From: Minisyncoccia bacterium
GTDB taxonomy: Bacteria > Patescibacteriota > Minisyncoccia > Phycocordibacterales > UBA918
NCBI GenBank assembly: GCA_046598345.1
Contig: JBKJIT010000004.1
Coordinates: 201,226-265,225 of the forward strand
Length of the DNA: 64,000 bases
Reading direction: 5' to 3'
The position numbers were made by a program, and so were the translations under genes. The notes beneath the pieces are model-generated. The model was not told the DNA's origin, searched no databases, and saw nothing but the letters and a program-made list of their open reading frames with translations. This document shows, in pieces, positions 47,347 through 58,841 of this stretch. Positions within the stretch are counted from its first letter, which is position 1; each line of letters opens with the position of its first letter.

Positions 47347-49995
47347 TTAGAGAAGACGCTTTAAATACTGTCCAGTGTACGATTTAGGATTCTTTGCAAC
47401 TTCTTCTGGAGTTCCCTTCGCAACAAGTGAGCCGCCATGCTCACCACCTTCGGGTCCAATATCAATCACATAGTCAGCACACTTAATAAGATCGAGATTG
47501 TGCTCAATTACCATAACCGTATTTCCTCGCTCAACGAGCTGTTGCAGAATATGAATCAGATTTTTAACATCTTCAAAGTGAAGTCCAATTGTTGGTTCGT
47601 CGAGTAAATACATGGTTTTTTGCGTGTGTGGTCGATACAGTTCCGATGCAATTTTAACACGTTGAGCCTCCCCTCCCGAAAGGGTCGTAGCACTTTGCCC
47701 TAGTTCTAGATAGCCTAGGCCGACATCGAGCAGTGACTGTAATCGCTCATGAATAGGCGGCACATCCTTAAAAAAGGCATCTGCTTCCTCAATCGTCATA
47801 TGGAGTACTTCGTGAATATTTTTCTTTTTATAGGTAACTTCAAGTGTCTCTTTAGTAAAGCGTTTTTCATCACAGACATCGCATATCACAAAGACTGTGG
47901 GAAGAAAGTGCATCTCGACTGCAATAAGTCCGTTTCCTTGGCACGCTTCACAGCGACCGCCCTTCACGTTAAATGAAAAGCGTCCGGCCTTCCATCCCCG
48001 AGCACGAGCTTCGCTTGTTGCGGCAAAAAGATCACGAATGTGCGTAAAAGCCCCAGTGTACGTAGCGGGGTTTGACCTCGGTGTTCTACCAATTGGCGAC
48101 TGATCAATAAGAATGGTTCTGCCGAGATATTCTGACCCCGTAAAGCTTGCTGCGTTGTAGGTATGCGGTGTGCGAAATTTCTTCTCTAATCTTGAGCGAA
48201 GATTCTTGTGGAGAATCTCATACATGAATGTCGATTTTCCACTTCCAGAAACACCCGTGACCGCTATCAGGCGGCTGAGTGGAATATCAACGTGTAAGTT
48301 TTGAATGTTGAAGGCTTTACCACCTCGAATCTTGATGCTTCCGCGTTCAGCTTCTCGACGTTTCTCTGGTACCTCAATCTTTCGTTTGCCGCGAAGGTAA
48401 TCCAGGGTGATCGAGTTTGAAGTATTTGTTTTTGCCTTAAGGAGTGGGTCAAGATAGCCAGCAACTACAATTTCTCCTCCATGAATGCCTGCCCCAGGAC
48501 CAATATCAACGATGTAATCTGATGCAAAAATTGTATCTTCGTCGTGTTCTACAATAATAATGGTATTGCCCAAATCTCGAAGTGATGTGAGTGTTTGTAT
48601 GAGTCGCTCATTGTCTCGCTGATGAAGGCCAATAGTTGGCTCATCGAGTACATACATTGCTCCCACAAGTCCTGATCCAAGTTGTGATGCGAGGCGGATA
48701 CGCTGTGCTTCTCCTCCAGAAAGGGTGTTCGCTCGACGATCCAGGGTGAGATACTGAATACCAACATTGACCATGAAATCGAGTCGTTCAATGATTTCAC
48801 GGAGCGCAGGCCACGCAATATCTTGGTCTTTTTTTGAAAGCTTCAGTGTTGTTATAAATGCAACAGCGTCCTTAATAGTCATGCTCGTGAAATCCACAAT
48901 ATTCTTACCCAAATCATTTTTTCCATCTCCGCCAAGGTACACGCGAAGTGCCTCTTTTCGGAGACGTGCCCCATTACAGCTCCCACAAACGTCTGTATTA
49001 AAAATCCCAGCTGTTCCGAGTCCATTACACTCCTCACATGCGCCATATGGAGAATTGAAGGAAAAGAGTCGGGGCTCAACCTCAGGAAAAGATGATCCGT
49101 CCGTTGGGCAGATAAATTTCGCTGAGAGAATTCGCTCGTGTCCATCAGGAGTAATTATTTTAACCATGCCGTTTGACTCCTTAAGTGCAAGCTCCACCGC
49201 TTCCGAAAGTCGTTCTTTTGAGCCTTTTGGATCATGCGAGAATTCACTGACATAGATTTCATCAATGAGCACATCAATGTCGTGTCGATGTGTCTTTGAG
49301 AGAATGATTTTTTCTCTGAGCTGCTTTATTTCACCATCAATCTTCACGGCCTCATACCCCTTTCCAAGAAGATCATAGAGAAGTTGGTAATACTCACCCT
49401 TTCGACCTACGACAAGCGGCGAGAAAATGGAAACTCGATGCGAACTGACCTCAACTCCCATCACCTCAGTTTTAGAATCTTTTTTGGCTTTTTTGATTTC
49501 CTTATCTTGAATTGATTTAAGAATAATTCCCAAGATTTCATCTTGTGAGAGCTTTTCAATTTTTACATCAACATCAAGACAGTATGGTTGTCCAATGCGT
49601 GCATAGAGAATACGAAGATAGTCATAAATTTCCGTGATTGTAGCTACAGTAGAGCGCGGATTTCTTGAAGCAGATTTTTGATCAATCGAAATTGCAGGAC
49701 TGAGACCTGAAATCTCATCGACGTCTGGCTTCTGCATCTGTTTAAGAAACTGTCGAGCATATGCTGAGAGTGATTCTACATACCGACGCTGTCCCTCTGC
49801 AAAAATAGTATCGAATGCAAGCGATGACTTCCCACTCCCTGAAAGACCAGTAAAAACCGTCATTTTATTCCGTGGCATCGTAAGATCCACGTTTTTGAGG
49901 TTGTGGGTACGAGCACCGCGTATTACGATTTCATCGTTTTTCTCATTCCACGAAGTTTTAATAGGTTTCTTTTGCATACAAATATACCCCCGCAT
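47347..49995 (-). CDS. uvrA: excinuclease ABC subunit A
   Basis: Two ABC modules ([14 protein letters not shown]; [15 protein letters not shown]; second module GVSGSGKST...[15 protein letters not shown]) and zinc-finger Cys clusters. Confidence 0.95.
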   Translation of the reverse strand: MRGYICMQKKPIKTSWNEKNDEIVIRGARTHNLKNVDLTMPRNKMTVFTGLSGSGKSSLAFDTIFAEGQRRYVESLSAYARQFLKQMQKPDVDEISGLSPAISIDQKSASRNPRSTVATITEIYDYLRILYARIGQPYCLDVDVKIEKLSQDEILGIILKSIQDKEIKKAKKDSKTEVMGVEVSSHRVSIFSPLVVGRKGEYYQLLYDLLGKGYEAVKIDGEIKQLREKIILSKTHRHDIDVLIDEIYVSEFSHDPKGSKERLSEAVELALKESNGMVKIITPDGHERILSAKFICPTDGSSFPEVEPRLFSFNSPYGACEECNGLGTAGIFNTDVCGSCNGARLRKEALRVYLGGDGKNDLGKNIVDFTSMTIKDAVAFITTLKLSKKDQDIAWPALREIIERLDFMVNVGIQYLTLDRRANTLSGGEAQRIRLASQLGSGLVGAMYVLDEPTIGLHQRDNERLIQTLTSLRDLGNTIIIVEHDEDTIFASDYIVDIGPGAGIHGGEIVVAGYLDPLLKAKTNTSNSITLDYLRGKRKIEVPEKRREAERGSIKIRGGKAFNIQNLHVDIPLSRLIAVTGVSGSGKSTFMYEILHKNLRSRLEKKFRTPHTYNAASFTGSEYLGRTILIDQSPIGRTPRSNPATYTGAFTHIRDLFAATSEARARGWKAGRFSFNVKGGRCEACQGNGLIAVEMHFLPTVFVICDVCDEKRFTKETLEVTYKKKNIHEVLHMTIEEADAFFKDVPPIHERLQSLLDVGLGYLELGQSATTLSGGEAQRVKIASELYRPHTQKTMYLLDEPTIGLHFEDVKNLIHILQQLVERGNTVMVIEHNLDLIKCADYVIDIGPEGGEHGGSLVAKGTPEEVAKNPKSYTGQYLKRLL

Positions 49996-50079
49996 GAGGG
50001 CAAAGGTATACCTACTTTATCACATTCAGAGAACGGGAGATAATTATGAGTTTTTGAGGGATGTACCCTGTACTTGCTA

Positions 50080-51417
50080 TTACCTAGGGAGAGTTAGCAC
50101 TACTTGAGTACCAACTCCTTTGATAGATTCCACCCCAATAGAGCCCCCCATGAGTTCGACAAGCTCTTTGGTAATCCACATACCAAGCCCCGTCCCGGTC
50201 ACCTGTTCTACTTCTTTTGAATTCACTCGGTAAAACGGAGCAAAAAGCTTCTTTTGATTTTCTGCCGAGATTCCCATACCGGTATCTTTGACGCGAATCT
50301 CTATTCGATCACTTCTTGATTCCAGGGCCACAACAATTGATCCCCGCTCCGTGTATTTAATTGCATTGCTCATTACATTAGTAAGGATCTGAAACAAACG
50401 TTTTTCGTCAGTTGTGATCAAAACCTCAGCGTTAATCCCCTCTGCAGTAATAACAATATTTTTCTCATGAGCAGAAATCTGGATTGCTTCAACAACCCCA
50501 GCAATCACCGATCCAACATCAGTATCTTTTTTAACAATATTCATTTTCCCTGATTGGAGTCGCGCAATATCAAGGAGATCGCTCACAATAGTTACCAAAC
50601 GTTCTGCAGAAGATTCAATTCGTGAAGCCTGTGTGCGCGTTTCAGAATCGATTTGCTTCTTTTCTCTAATAAGACTTGCGTAGCCTCGTATGGCGGTAAG
50701 TGGCGCGCGTAATTCATGTGCGACCATATTAGTGAACATATCTTTGGTTTCACTAGCACGCTTTGTTTCTTGATAGAGATAGGCATAGTCAATGAGTCGC
50801 ACATGACGAATGATGAGAAAAAGCACTATTACAATAATACCAAAGAGCCAGTAGTACGCGGTCATGATCCTAGAGGCGAAAAGTGTATCGATATGGAGAA
50901 GTGAGGTCTCTGTACTAATAAAATATGTTTCCCCATCTACTCCATGCACCAGCTTCATACTCTGCCAATAGCGCACGCCATGAGCTGCAAAGGGCGTTAT
51001 TAGAGATTCATTAGGGTTTGTGTAGGCAATCCGGTATGGCAGTTCATTTTCAATTGTAGTTCCTATCGTTGTTGTATCGAGTGATGCAATAATTTTGATA
51101 GACCCCTGCTCTTCAACTGCAATATTAAATGAAACAATATCCAGGTTCTCCACTGCTAGTTTCTTGAGTTCTAATTGTATAAGTGCAGGATCATACGAAG
51201 CTGCGTGTATGAATGAGGTAAATACATCATGGAGGAGTCCAATTCGATCTTTCTCCAGTCGTTCTTGATTTTCTCGTGCGGCATTCAAAAATTGCTGGCC
51301 ACTGAGAAGAAACGCAAGAGGTACAATCAAAACCAGCACGAACGTCATGACAAGCTGTGGGTGTCTTCCGACATATCCACCACCACGCGTCACGAGTGAG
51401 ATTAGTTTGCTGATCAT
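50080..51417 (-). CDS. sensor histidine kinase (2 TM, extracytoplasmic domain, HisKA+HATPase_c); no response regulator adjacent
   Basis: H-box [17 protein letters not shown]-box [11 protein letters not shown]-boxes DTGMGI and GTGLGMWI. Its start overlaps the upstream gene's stop (ATGA). Confidence 0.85.
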   Translation of the reverse strand: MISKLISLVTRGGGYVGRHPQLVMTFVLVLIVPLAFLLSGQQFLNAARENQERLEKDRIGLLHDVFTSFIHAASYDPALIQLELKKLAVENLDIVSFNIAVEEQGSIKIIASLDTTTIGTTIENELPYRIAYTNPNESLITPFAAHGVRYWQSMKLVHGVDGETYFISTETSLLHIDTLFASRIMTAYYWLFGIIVIVLFLIIRHVRLIDYAYLYQETKRASETKDMFTNMVAHELRAPLTAIRGYASLIREKKQIDSETRTQASRIESSAERLVTIVSDLLDIARLQSGKMNIVKKDTDVGSVIAGVVEAIQISAHEKNIVITAEGINAEVLITTDEKRLFQILTNVMSNAIKYTERGSIVVALESRSDRIEIRVKDTGMGISAENQKKLFAPFYRVNSKEVEQVTGTGLGMWITKELVELMGGSIGVESIKGVGTQVVLTLPR

Positions 51418-54200
51418 TGTGGGAGCGGTTCAAGAACCCTCCTCGTATTTACATGAAGACCAAGGAGAATGAGTACGAGGCCAAGTGCTACAACAGCGAT
51501 TGATCCAACGACGAGCATCATGTGACTACTGAGAAGCGATGGGGCTTCTGATTCCACAATGACAGGATCTGCCGCACGCTCGTCTCCTTGTGCATACGCT
51601 TCAGCTGTTTTCACAAAAGAGAACGGGTTACTTTTAGCAACAATACGTCCGGCATTATCTGTGATCCCCACATATATTTCATGCTCCCCATCTTCAAGTT
51701 CCTTATCAAATATGTAACTCCATGCGCCATCATCATCAGTTTTTACAGTAACCACGATCGGTGTGCTGAAAATGTACAATGTTACAAAACTATTCGGAAG
51801 CCCGGTTCCAGAAATAATTGCAGGTGCTATTTCACTTTCCACAACCTCATCTTCGGTGCGGGGTCGGAGCGCAGAAATTGCAGTCACTTGGAAAAGGTTC
51901 TCATTTGTGATTCCTGATTCGCGAGGAGATTCAAACGCAACGAGTGTTTCACCTTTAGGGTTTTTGGGATCAAAACCACTTCTTATTTCAGCCCCGTCAG
52001 TAAATCCGTCAGCATCGGAATCTGCAGCAAACGGGTCTGTATCATAGAGATTAACTTCATCGTAGTCACTAATTCCATCATAGTCTGAGTCTTTAAGAAC
52101 TGCGTCACCAATACGATTCTTAATCATAGTTTCGTTGCGGACGGTAAGTTCCTCAAGCTCATGCACAATGCGAGTAAGATGTTCGTCGATCTTGGTAAGA
52201 ATTTCCTTTCTCTCAATAGAAAGCGGTACCGTTGTAAGTAGCTCTTCTTTGATTTTCTGAATACGCGCCTTTATTTCTGCGATCATCTCAGCATCATTTT
52301 CTCGCACAGCTCGCGCAAGTAATTCCAAATCTGCATCAATCAAACCTTTGAAGGATTCAAGTATTGGCACAATTCCATCATATTCCTCCGGAGTAACCTC
52401 AATGTCATTCATTATTGCAGTCAGCGGAGTAAGCGTAATTTGAGGCACACCGGGAGGAGGCGGGGATGATGTAGGGTCGTCAGGATCGATTATAGAGTCA
52501 GTAACTTCTGTATTAACTACTCGATATGTTTCAATCTGCTTAATTTCCTCCGGAGTTACTTTTGTGACGATTTCATTTTGCACAACTGCCTTAATGCGAC
52601 TACTCTCAGAAATACCATATTTGTGTTTTGCTCGTGCGAAGACTATGTACACATTATTTGGAGATTGCGTAGTGCGCCACATAAATCTCCATCGTACTTC
52701 ACTTTGCTTTTGTGCGAGTCCTAGGAAAATAGGAGTGAGCGCATTTTCAGGAAGTGCATACACTTCAACAAATGCAGCACCAGGTACGTCAACACTGACA
52801 TCAACGTCACCCTTAAGTGGGTCTGGTTCAGCTATTATTACGATAATGTCTGGCTCAAGCTCTTCAGTGATGCTGTCAGTCAGTATAGTAGGTTCTAAGA
52901 GCTCATTCGCTGTATCGCCTTCTTCAGTTGTTTCAGCAGTGGTCTTTGATTGAGTTCCTCCGTGTTGAATCAAGATAGGCAATACATTGCTCGTCTTCGA
53001 TGTCAGAGGAAATACAACTTGAGCCTTGAGCACATACTCCCCGTTTGCATATTTGGTAGTATCGAGTAAAAAACGCCATGTGCCTGCACTCACAAGTGGT
53101 GCATACCCGAGTAAAGAGAACGAAGAGTCCCCCTCCTTTCGCATCAATAATTTTGCCTGTGTGCCTCCAGCGCCTTTTATGGTAAATGGAACAACCCCAG
53201 TGAGAGCTGAGCCTCCGCCACCCTGAAGTGTGACCAATGATTCGGTAGAGGTTGTTGTGGGAGTGGTCGAAATGATTGTCACTGTTCCTGTCGCCGTCCC
53301 CGAATTTACTAATGTGGTTGTTTCATTCTGTGTCGAAGCCACTCCATCAGTCTGCGAGTTTGTCGTGGTTTCTACCGGATAATTCTCTACGGTCACATAC
53401 GAAGACTCAATATGATCGTAGCTACCAAAACTATTGGTCACAAGTACTTTAAGTTTATACTCTCCATCATTCACCCTCTTTGTATCCCAGTAAAAACGCC
53501 ACATGGTTTCATTGACTTTCACAGCAGTTCCGAGCGTCATGCTTGTAGCTCCGTTTTTATAATACGCATGCAGGGTAACGGCGGTCGCTCGCTCGACATA
53601 GACATTGACAGGAACTATGCCACTCATGGGTGAATTTGTATCTATGACCACATCGATTGCAGGTGTTTGGTTTATCGTAGCCGTAGCTTCAATCGTTCCG
53701 AGAGTGCAGTACGTCTGATTGTAATTAGGACTCCCAGGGTCTGTGCAGTTGTACTGCGTAGATCCGACTTGAGCGGTATTCCCTTCACCCCCAATCACCA
53801 TATTCATATTAAGCAACGCACAGACCGCGCCAATGAGTACAAAAAACACCCCTGAAACACGGGCCATCTGAGACGCCATCTTTGCAGAGTCCAGAGGAAA
53901 ACGGAAGGGTGACAGGAGTGCGAGTTTAACAGACGGTGAAATAATCGGCACAATTTCCTTTGCTTCCTCAGCGCTCCGTTTCTTCTTTTTAATACGTCGA
54001 GTGCGAGATATTTTCTTCTGTGCATTCGACGAGCTATGAATAGGAACAACAGACAGTACGTCGCTCGACTCCACTTTTACTACTTGTTGTTTAGATGAGG
54101 TACGTACAGCTTTGACTGGCTTTACTTTCTTAGGTTTCACTTCTTCCTTAGAAACAGTAATGGCAACCTCATCATGAGAAATAACTTTCTTTCGGGGCAT
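51414..54200 (-). CDS. large bitopic surface protein: Lys-rich cytoplasmic N-tail, TM, repeated Ig-like beta domains, Asp-rich Ca-binding-like motif, C-terminal TM
   Basis: ~100-aa basic N-terminal region (..RTRRIKKKKRSAEE..), TM (VSGVFFVLIGAVCALL), repeated ~120-aa segments with YKLKV/YVLKAQV motifs, DSDYDGISDYDEVNLYDTDPFAADSDADGFTDGAEI, and C-terminal helix MMLVVGSIAVVALGLVLILLGL. Confidence 0.55.
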   Translation of the reverse strand: MPRKKVISHDEVAITVSKEEVKPKKVKPVKAVRTSSKQQVVKVESSDVLSVVPIHSSSNAQKKISRTRRIKKKKRSAEEAKEIVPIISPSVKLALLSPFRFPLDSAKMASQMARVSGVFFVLIGAVCALLNMNMVIGGEGNTAQVGSTQYNCTDPGSPNYNQTYCTLGTIEATATINQTPAIDVVIDTNSPMSGIVPVNVYVERATAVTLHAYYKNGATSMTLGTAVKVNETMWRFYWDTKRVNDGEYKLKVLVTNSFGSYDHIESSYVTVENYPVETTTNSQTDGVASTQNETTTLVNSGTATGTVTIISTTPTTTSTESLVTLQGGGGSALTGVVPFTIKGAGGTQAKLLMRKEGDSSFSLLGYAPLVSAGTWRFLLDTTKYANGEYVLKAQVVFPLTSKTSNVLPILIQHGGTQSKTTAETTEEGDTANELLEPTILTDSITEELEPDIIVIIAEPDPLKGDVDVSVDVPGAAFVEVYALPENALTPIFLGLAQKQSEVRWRFMWRTTQSPNNVYIVFARAKHKYGISESSRIKAVVQNEIVTKVTPEEIKQIETYRVVNTEVTDSIIDPDDPTSSPPPPGVPQITLTPLTAIMNDIEVTPEEYDGIVPILESFKGLIDADLELLARAVRENDAEMIAEIKARIQKIKEELLTTVPLSIERKEILTKIDEHLTRIVHELEELTVRNETMIKNRIGDAVLKDSDYDGISDYDEVNLYDTDPFAADSDADGFTDGAEIRSGFDPKNPKGETLVAFESPRESGITNENLFQVTAISALRPRTEDEVVESEIAPAIISGTGLPNSFVTLYIFSTPIVVTVKTDDDGAWSYIFDKELEDGEHEIYVGITDNAGRIVAKSNPFSFVKTAEAYAQGDERAADPVIVESEAPSLLSSHMMLVVGSIAVVALGLVLILLGLHVNTRRVLEPLPQ

Positions 54201-54243
54201 GTAACCAGTATACGATTTTACGGCCCTAAAAATTCATGAATTT

Positions 54244-56289
54244 TTATGAATCTGTCGATAACTTTCGTTTCTTTTTCAGAGCCTCGAGTGCACGAATCTC
54301 GTCACGCAGGATTGCAGCCGTTTCAAAATCGAGAACTTTAACAGCTTCCTCCATTTGTGTACGCTTATCTTTCAACATTCCTTTCGGATCCTTAGCATAG
54401 AGCTCAGCGTCCACAATAAGAAGTGACTCCACCGTTTTCATATGCTCTGTCTTCATGTGCTCTGTAATATCTTTAATTTCCTTAGCAATGGTCTGCGGAG
54501 TGATTCCATGTTCCTTGTTATACATAAGTTGAATTTCACGTCGTCTATTAGTTTCAGTAATTGCGAACGTGAGTGCCTTAGTAAGTTCGTCAGCATACAG
54601 AAGAACACGACCTTTTATATTCCTTGCAGCACGTCCTATTGTTTGAATAAGCGCTGTTTCAGATCGAAGAAATCCCTCCTTGTCTGCATCAAGAATAGCG
54701 ACCAGTTCCACTTCAGGTAGATCGAGCCCTTCCCGAAGCAAGTTTACACCAACGATACAATCAAACACTCCTTTTCTAAAATCTGTCAGAATCTGAATGC
54801 GTTCCATCGTCTTTATATCACTGTGAATATATTTTGAACTCACGCCACGTTCCGTAAGAAACTCCGAAAGATCTTCTGCCATCTGTTTTGTAAGCGTGGT
54901 AACTAGCACTCGCCCTTTCTGGGTTATTGTTTTAACAGACTCTTCAATAAAATCCTTAATTTGCCCAGGATAACTTCCTTTTTCACTCACTGGTCGCACA
55001 TCGATTATTGGGTCCACAAGGCCTGTTGGACGAATGATCTGGTCAACAAGCTGTCCTCTTTTTCCATCAACTCGAGCAAATTCGTACTTACCTGGCGTTG
55101 CCGAAGTGTAAATCCTTTGACCAACACGCTCTTCAAATTCTTCAAAATTAAGTGGACGATTATCAATTGCACTCGGAAGACGAAAACCATGCTCAACCAG
55201 TGTGAGCTTCCTTGAACGATCTCCTGCGTACATACCTCCGAGCTGTGGAATAGTCACATGGGACTCATCAATCACTGTAAGAAAATCGGGTTTCCCGTCC
55301 TTAGTGTGCGGAAAATACGAGAGGAGCGTATACGGGGCTTCCCCGGTCTTTCGTCCATCAAAATGCCGTGAGTAGTTCTCAATACCATTGCAGTAACCAA
55401 CCTCGCGTATAAGTGCAAGATCATGGTCTGTTCGGCGTTTCAGACGTTGCGCCTCAAGCAGCTTTTCTTCTTTTTTAAATTTCTGTAACTGTTCATCCAG
55501 TTCGAGCTTGATATCTTCAATCGCACGTTTTCGCTCACCTTCAGGTGTCACAAAATGTTTTGCAGGAAACAGAAAAAACACTTCACTCTCCTCGATTATC
55601 GATCGTGATATCGCATCGATCTTTGTGATTGCTGAAACACTGTTTCCAGTGAATCCAAGACGATAAATAACCCGATCATTAATCGGCATAATCTCAATCT
55701 TATTTCCCACAGCACGAAAATGACCGGGTGTAAGATCAGCATTCGTACGCTCAAAGTACATGGACACGAGAAGTCTGAGCATATCCGCTCGGGAAATTAC
55801 AAAACCCTTTTCAATTTTCTTATGTACCTTTTCGTATTCGATTGGAGAGCCCAAACCATAAATGCACGAAACTGATGCAACAATAATCACGTCCTTTCGT
55901 GTAAGAAGCGCCTGTGTGGAGGCGTGACGAAGACGATCTATTTCCTCATTGATCATTGCCTCTTTTTCAATATACGTATCTGAAATTGGCATGTACGCCT
56001 CAGGCTGGTAGTAGTCATAATATGAAACAAAGTAATGGACGGCATTGTCAGGGAAAAAATCACGGTACTCTTGCGCAAGCTGTGCAGCGAGCGTTTTATT
56101 GTGTGCGATTACGAGCGTGGGTTTCTGCACGTACTGAATCACGTTCGCAGCCGTAAACGTTTTACCAGACCCAGTTACTCCAAGAAGAGTCTGGTGTTTC
56201 ATTCCCATTTCGTAACCTCTGACGAGCTTTTCGATCGCTTTTGGCTGGTCGCCTGCTGGAGTTTTGTCTGTAGAGAGCTTAAATTGCAT
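54244..56289 (-). CDS. uvrB: excinuclease ABC subunit B
   Basis: Begins PAGDQPKAIEKLVRGYEMGMKHQTLLGVTGSGKTFT, with helicase motifs and a C-terminal UVR domain (ETAAILRDEIRALE). Confidence 0.95.
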   Translation of the reverse strand: MQFKLSTDKTPAGDQPKAIEKLVRGYEMGMKHQTLLGVTGSGKTFTAANVIQYVQKPTLVIAHNKTLAAQLAQEYRDFFPDNAVHYFVSYYDYYQPEAYMPISDTYIEKEAMINEEIDRLRHASTQALLTRKDVIIVASVSCIYGLGSPIEYEKVHKKIEKGFVISRADMLRLLVSMYFERTNADLTPGHFRAVGNKIEIMPINDRVIYRLGFTGNSVSAITKIDAISRSIIEESEVFFLFPAKHFVTPEGERKRAIEDIKLELDEQLQKFKKEEKLLEAQRLKRRTDHDLALIREVGYCNGIENYSRHFDGRKTGEAPYTLLSYFPHTKDGKPDFLTVIDESHVTIPQLGGMYAGDRSRKLTLVEHGFRLPSAIDNRPLNFEEFEERVGQRIYTSATPGKYEFARVDGKRGQLVDQIIRPTGLVDPIIDVRPVSEKGSYPGQIKDFIEESVKTITQKGRVLVTTLTKQMAEDLSEFLTERGVSSKYIHSDIKTMERIQILTDFRKGVFDCIVGVNLLREGLDLPEVELVAILDADKEGFLRSETALIQTIGRAARNIKGRVLLYADELTKALTFAITETNRRREIQLMYNKEHGITPQTIAKEIKDITEHMKTEHMKTVESLLIVDAELYAKDPKGMLKDKRTQMEEAVKVLDFETAAILRDEIRALEALKKKRKLSTDS

Positions 56290-56363
56290 GAGAGTGAGTA
56301 TATCTTAATTTCTGAACTAAAAAAATGCCGGCTCGCTTTGGCAAACCGACATTGGTACTCGCG

Positions 56364-57011
56364 TCACACAGGTTTTCTCATTGCTTCCTCCAGCTCATGA
56401 ATCATGAACACCTGGCGCTCAGCGAGAGGGAGATAATGTGCTCGTGTTTCCGCAAACTTCTCTTGACGATACCTGACGCTTCTTTCTTCTTCCCATGCAT
56501 CCATAAGGTTTTCAACTCGATCCGCAATTTTGATAAGAGCAGGCGGACGAGGCATGATGATGAATGTTGAAAAAAATGCATGATTCCGAGCATCCTTGTC
56601 ACCGTTGAAGTCTTCAAGCTTTCCTTTTGATGTCCACCCGACAATTTCAGCGACCTCAGGATTAAACTGAAGCGCTAGCCTTGACTCCGGCCAGCGTTGC
56701 TTGTCTTCCCCAGTGTCATGATGAAGTGCGGCACATAGGGTATTTGCATCGTAAATCCTGTAGTACATGAGAACGAGAGTAACCCTCCTCAGATGCTCAA
56801 AATACCGCTCACCACTGAGACGTCTGTCTTCAGCAAAGATCTCCTTGGCGGTTTCATAGCCCCTCATCACGAGCCGCGATTCTGGGCTATACTCCGGATA
56901 CCGTTGGCCTAGTAAAGCTTGAAAGGACTTCTTGTCTGGATGCGTTGCAAAGAACGCTTTAATCTCTTTAAGCACGGATTTCTCCTTTTGCTGTGATGTA
57001 AAGTGATTCAA
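56364..57011 (-). CDS. HD-domain small (p)ppGpp hydrolase-like protein (SpoT/Mesh1-type)
   Basis: ERYFEHLRRVTLVL...LCAALHHDTGEDK and LIKIADRVENLM parallel the RelA/SpoT HD hydrolase motifs. Memory-based. Confidence 0.55.
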   Translation of the reverse strand: MNHFTSQQKEKSVLKEIKAFFATHPDKKSFQALLGQRYPEYSPESRLVMRGYETAKEIFAEDRRLSGERYFEHLRRVTLVLMYYRIYDANTLCAALHHDTGEDKQRWPESRLALQFNPEVAEIVGWTSKGKLEDFNGDKDARNHAFFSTFIIMPRPPALIKIADRVENLMDAWEEERSVRYRQEKFAETRAHYLPLAERQVFMIHELEEAMRKPV

Positions 57012-57035
57012 TCTTGCAACCTAGCGTATCAAAAG

Positions 57036-58241
57036 TCAATTGCCTGCAAGAACTCGCTCGCGAATATTTTTTGTCCAATTCACGATGAAGTATAGGTTAT
57101 GTAGTGAAGCGAGATGTGCTCCAAGGATTTCTTCTGAACGGAAAAGGTGTGCAAGGTAGGCCTTCGTGTAGTGGGTACAGACATAGCAATCACATCCCTC
57201 GTCTGGTTTTGAAAAGTCTCTCTGGTAAACGGTATTTTTTAAATTAATCTTAGTTGTGCCATCGTTTGTATGTGCATAGATGGTGCCCGTACGTGCAAGC
57301 CGCGTTGGGAGCACGCAGTCAAATGTGTCGCACCCCATTCGTACACCATTTACAATATCTTCCGGTTCACCAATGCCAAGTAAATGTCGGGGTTTATCTT
57401 CCGGCAAAATTTCATTCACAACACGGAGTGACTCACCAAGGTCTTCTTTTGAAAATGAACCTCCAATACCAAAACCATCAAAATCCATAGCGCTCAGTGT
57501 CCGTGCACTTTCTTGGCGCAGATCAGTGTATCGTCCACCTTGTACGACACCGTAGAGACCCTGTTTCTTCAGTGCTCCGTAATCTTGTTTGTGAGCCAGA
57601 ACTGAGCGCTTTGCCCACCGATGCGTCCGATCCATTGCTTCTTTTTGATACTCATACGCTGCTCCTGGGGATGTGCACTCATCAAATGCAACAATTATAT
57701 CTGCACCGATAGCATGCTGAATTTCAATTGATCGTTCAGCGGTGAAGCGGTGCATAGAACCATCGTGATGTGAAGTGAAGGTAACCCCCTCCTCGTCGAT
57801 AACACAGAGCTTCCCATGACTCTCCGCAAGTTCTTTCGAATATACATTAAGACCCTGTTTAGGCGCTATGCTTTCGTCAACATCTTCCTTGGCAAACTTT
57901 GTTACCCCTTTACCAAATGCAGCTCCAAGCGAAAACACCTGGAATCCGCCAGAATCTGTCATGAGTGGACCATTCCAGTTCATAAATGCATGGAGCCCAC
58001 CAGCTTCTTTTATGATTTCCGCTCCAGGCTGAAGATAGAGGTGGTAGGTGTTTGCGAGCGCAACTTGATTCCCTACATACTCGCGCATATCTTCAGACTT
58101 CACTGACTTCACCGTGCCCTTAGTACCCACAACAACGAACGCTGGAGTTTCAATGTCTCCATGTGGGGTATGAATAACACCAACGCGAGCGAGTGTTCCT
58201 CGCTCGCGTTTTAGAATTTCAAAGGTAACTGGAGCAGCCAT
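57036..58241 (-). CDS. tgt: queuine tRNA-ribosyltransferase
   Basis: TPAFVVVGTKGTVK..., catalytic Asp region, and the C-terminal zinc motif CDCYVCTHYTKAYLAHL. Confidence 0.9.
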   Translation of the reverse strand: MAAPVTFEILKRERGTLARVGVIHTPHGDIETPAFVVVGTKGTVKSVKSEDMREYVGNQVALANTYHLYLQPGAEIIKEAGGLHAFMNWNGPLMTDSGGFQVFSLGAAFGKGVTKFAKEDVDESIAPKQGLNVYSKELAESHGKLCVIDEEGVTFTSHHDGSMHRFTAERSIEIQHAIGADIIVAFDECTSPGAAYEYQKEAMDRTHRWAKRSVLAHKQDYGALKKQGLYGVVQGGRYTDLRQESARTLSAMDFDGFGIGGSFSKEDLGESLRVVNEILPEDKPRHLLGIGEPEDIVNGVRMGCDTFDCVLPTRLARTGTIYAHTNDGTTKINLKNTVYQRDFSKPDEGCDCYVCTHYTKAYLAHLFRSEEILGAHLASLHNLYFIVNWTKNIRERVLAGN

Positions 58242-58786
58242 TACTTAATCTCCACCAGTTCAAGTGCAAAGACCAAGTTTGAGCCAGCTGGAATAGGCCC
58301 CACCTGTCTGTTTCCATATGCCATGCTTGCGGGAATGACGAGAATACGATTGCCGCCAACTTTCATGCCAATCAATCCCTTATCCCATCCTTCAATAACC
58401 TTACCTTCTCCAACTCTAAAAGTATATGGCTCTCCACGAGTGTATGAATTATCAAACTGCACGCCGTCTTGCGTGGTTCCAATGTAGTTAACACTGATCG
58501 TATCCCCTTCCTTCACAGCTTCACCAGTTCCAACTTTAATATCATCAATTACGAGACGCACAAGCTCCCCGCTTGCGGTTGCTGCTTCACCGAGTGCTTG
58601 TGCAAGCTCTCCGTCGCTTCTAAGCGTAGTATCACCCTCAACTACTAATGCGCCTTGCGTATTTGGCTCAATTGAAGCAAGTGGTGAATTTTCAACGCCC
58701 TTGAACCGAACCATTGCAAGCGCTACCGCCATAATTGCAATACTGAAGAAGATACCCAGGGCCTCAAATTTTGTGACAGCATTCAT
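58241..58786 (-). CDS. FKBP-type peptidyl-prolyl cis-trans isomerase, membrane-anchored
   Basis: TM, then the FKBP core (VNYIGTTQDGVQFDNSYTRGEPYTFRVGEGKVIEGWDKGLIGMKVGG). Confidence 0.8.
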   Translation of the reverse strand: MNAVTKFEALGIFFSIAIMAVALAMVRFKGVENSPLASIEPNTQGALVVEGDTTLRSDGELAQALGEAATASGELVRLVIDDIKVGTGEAVKEGDTISVNYIGTTQDGVQFDNSYTRGEPYTFRVGEGKVIEGWDKGLIGMKVGGNRILVIPASMAYGNRQVGPIPAGSNLVFALELVEIK

Positions 58787-58841
58787 ATGTAATTAGTTAA
58801 CCCGTCCATAATAGCCATGATTCACAAATATGCAAACTGAG

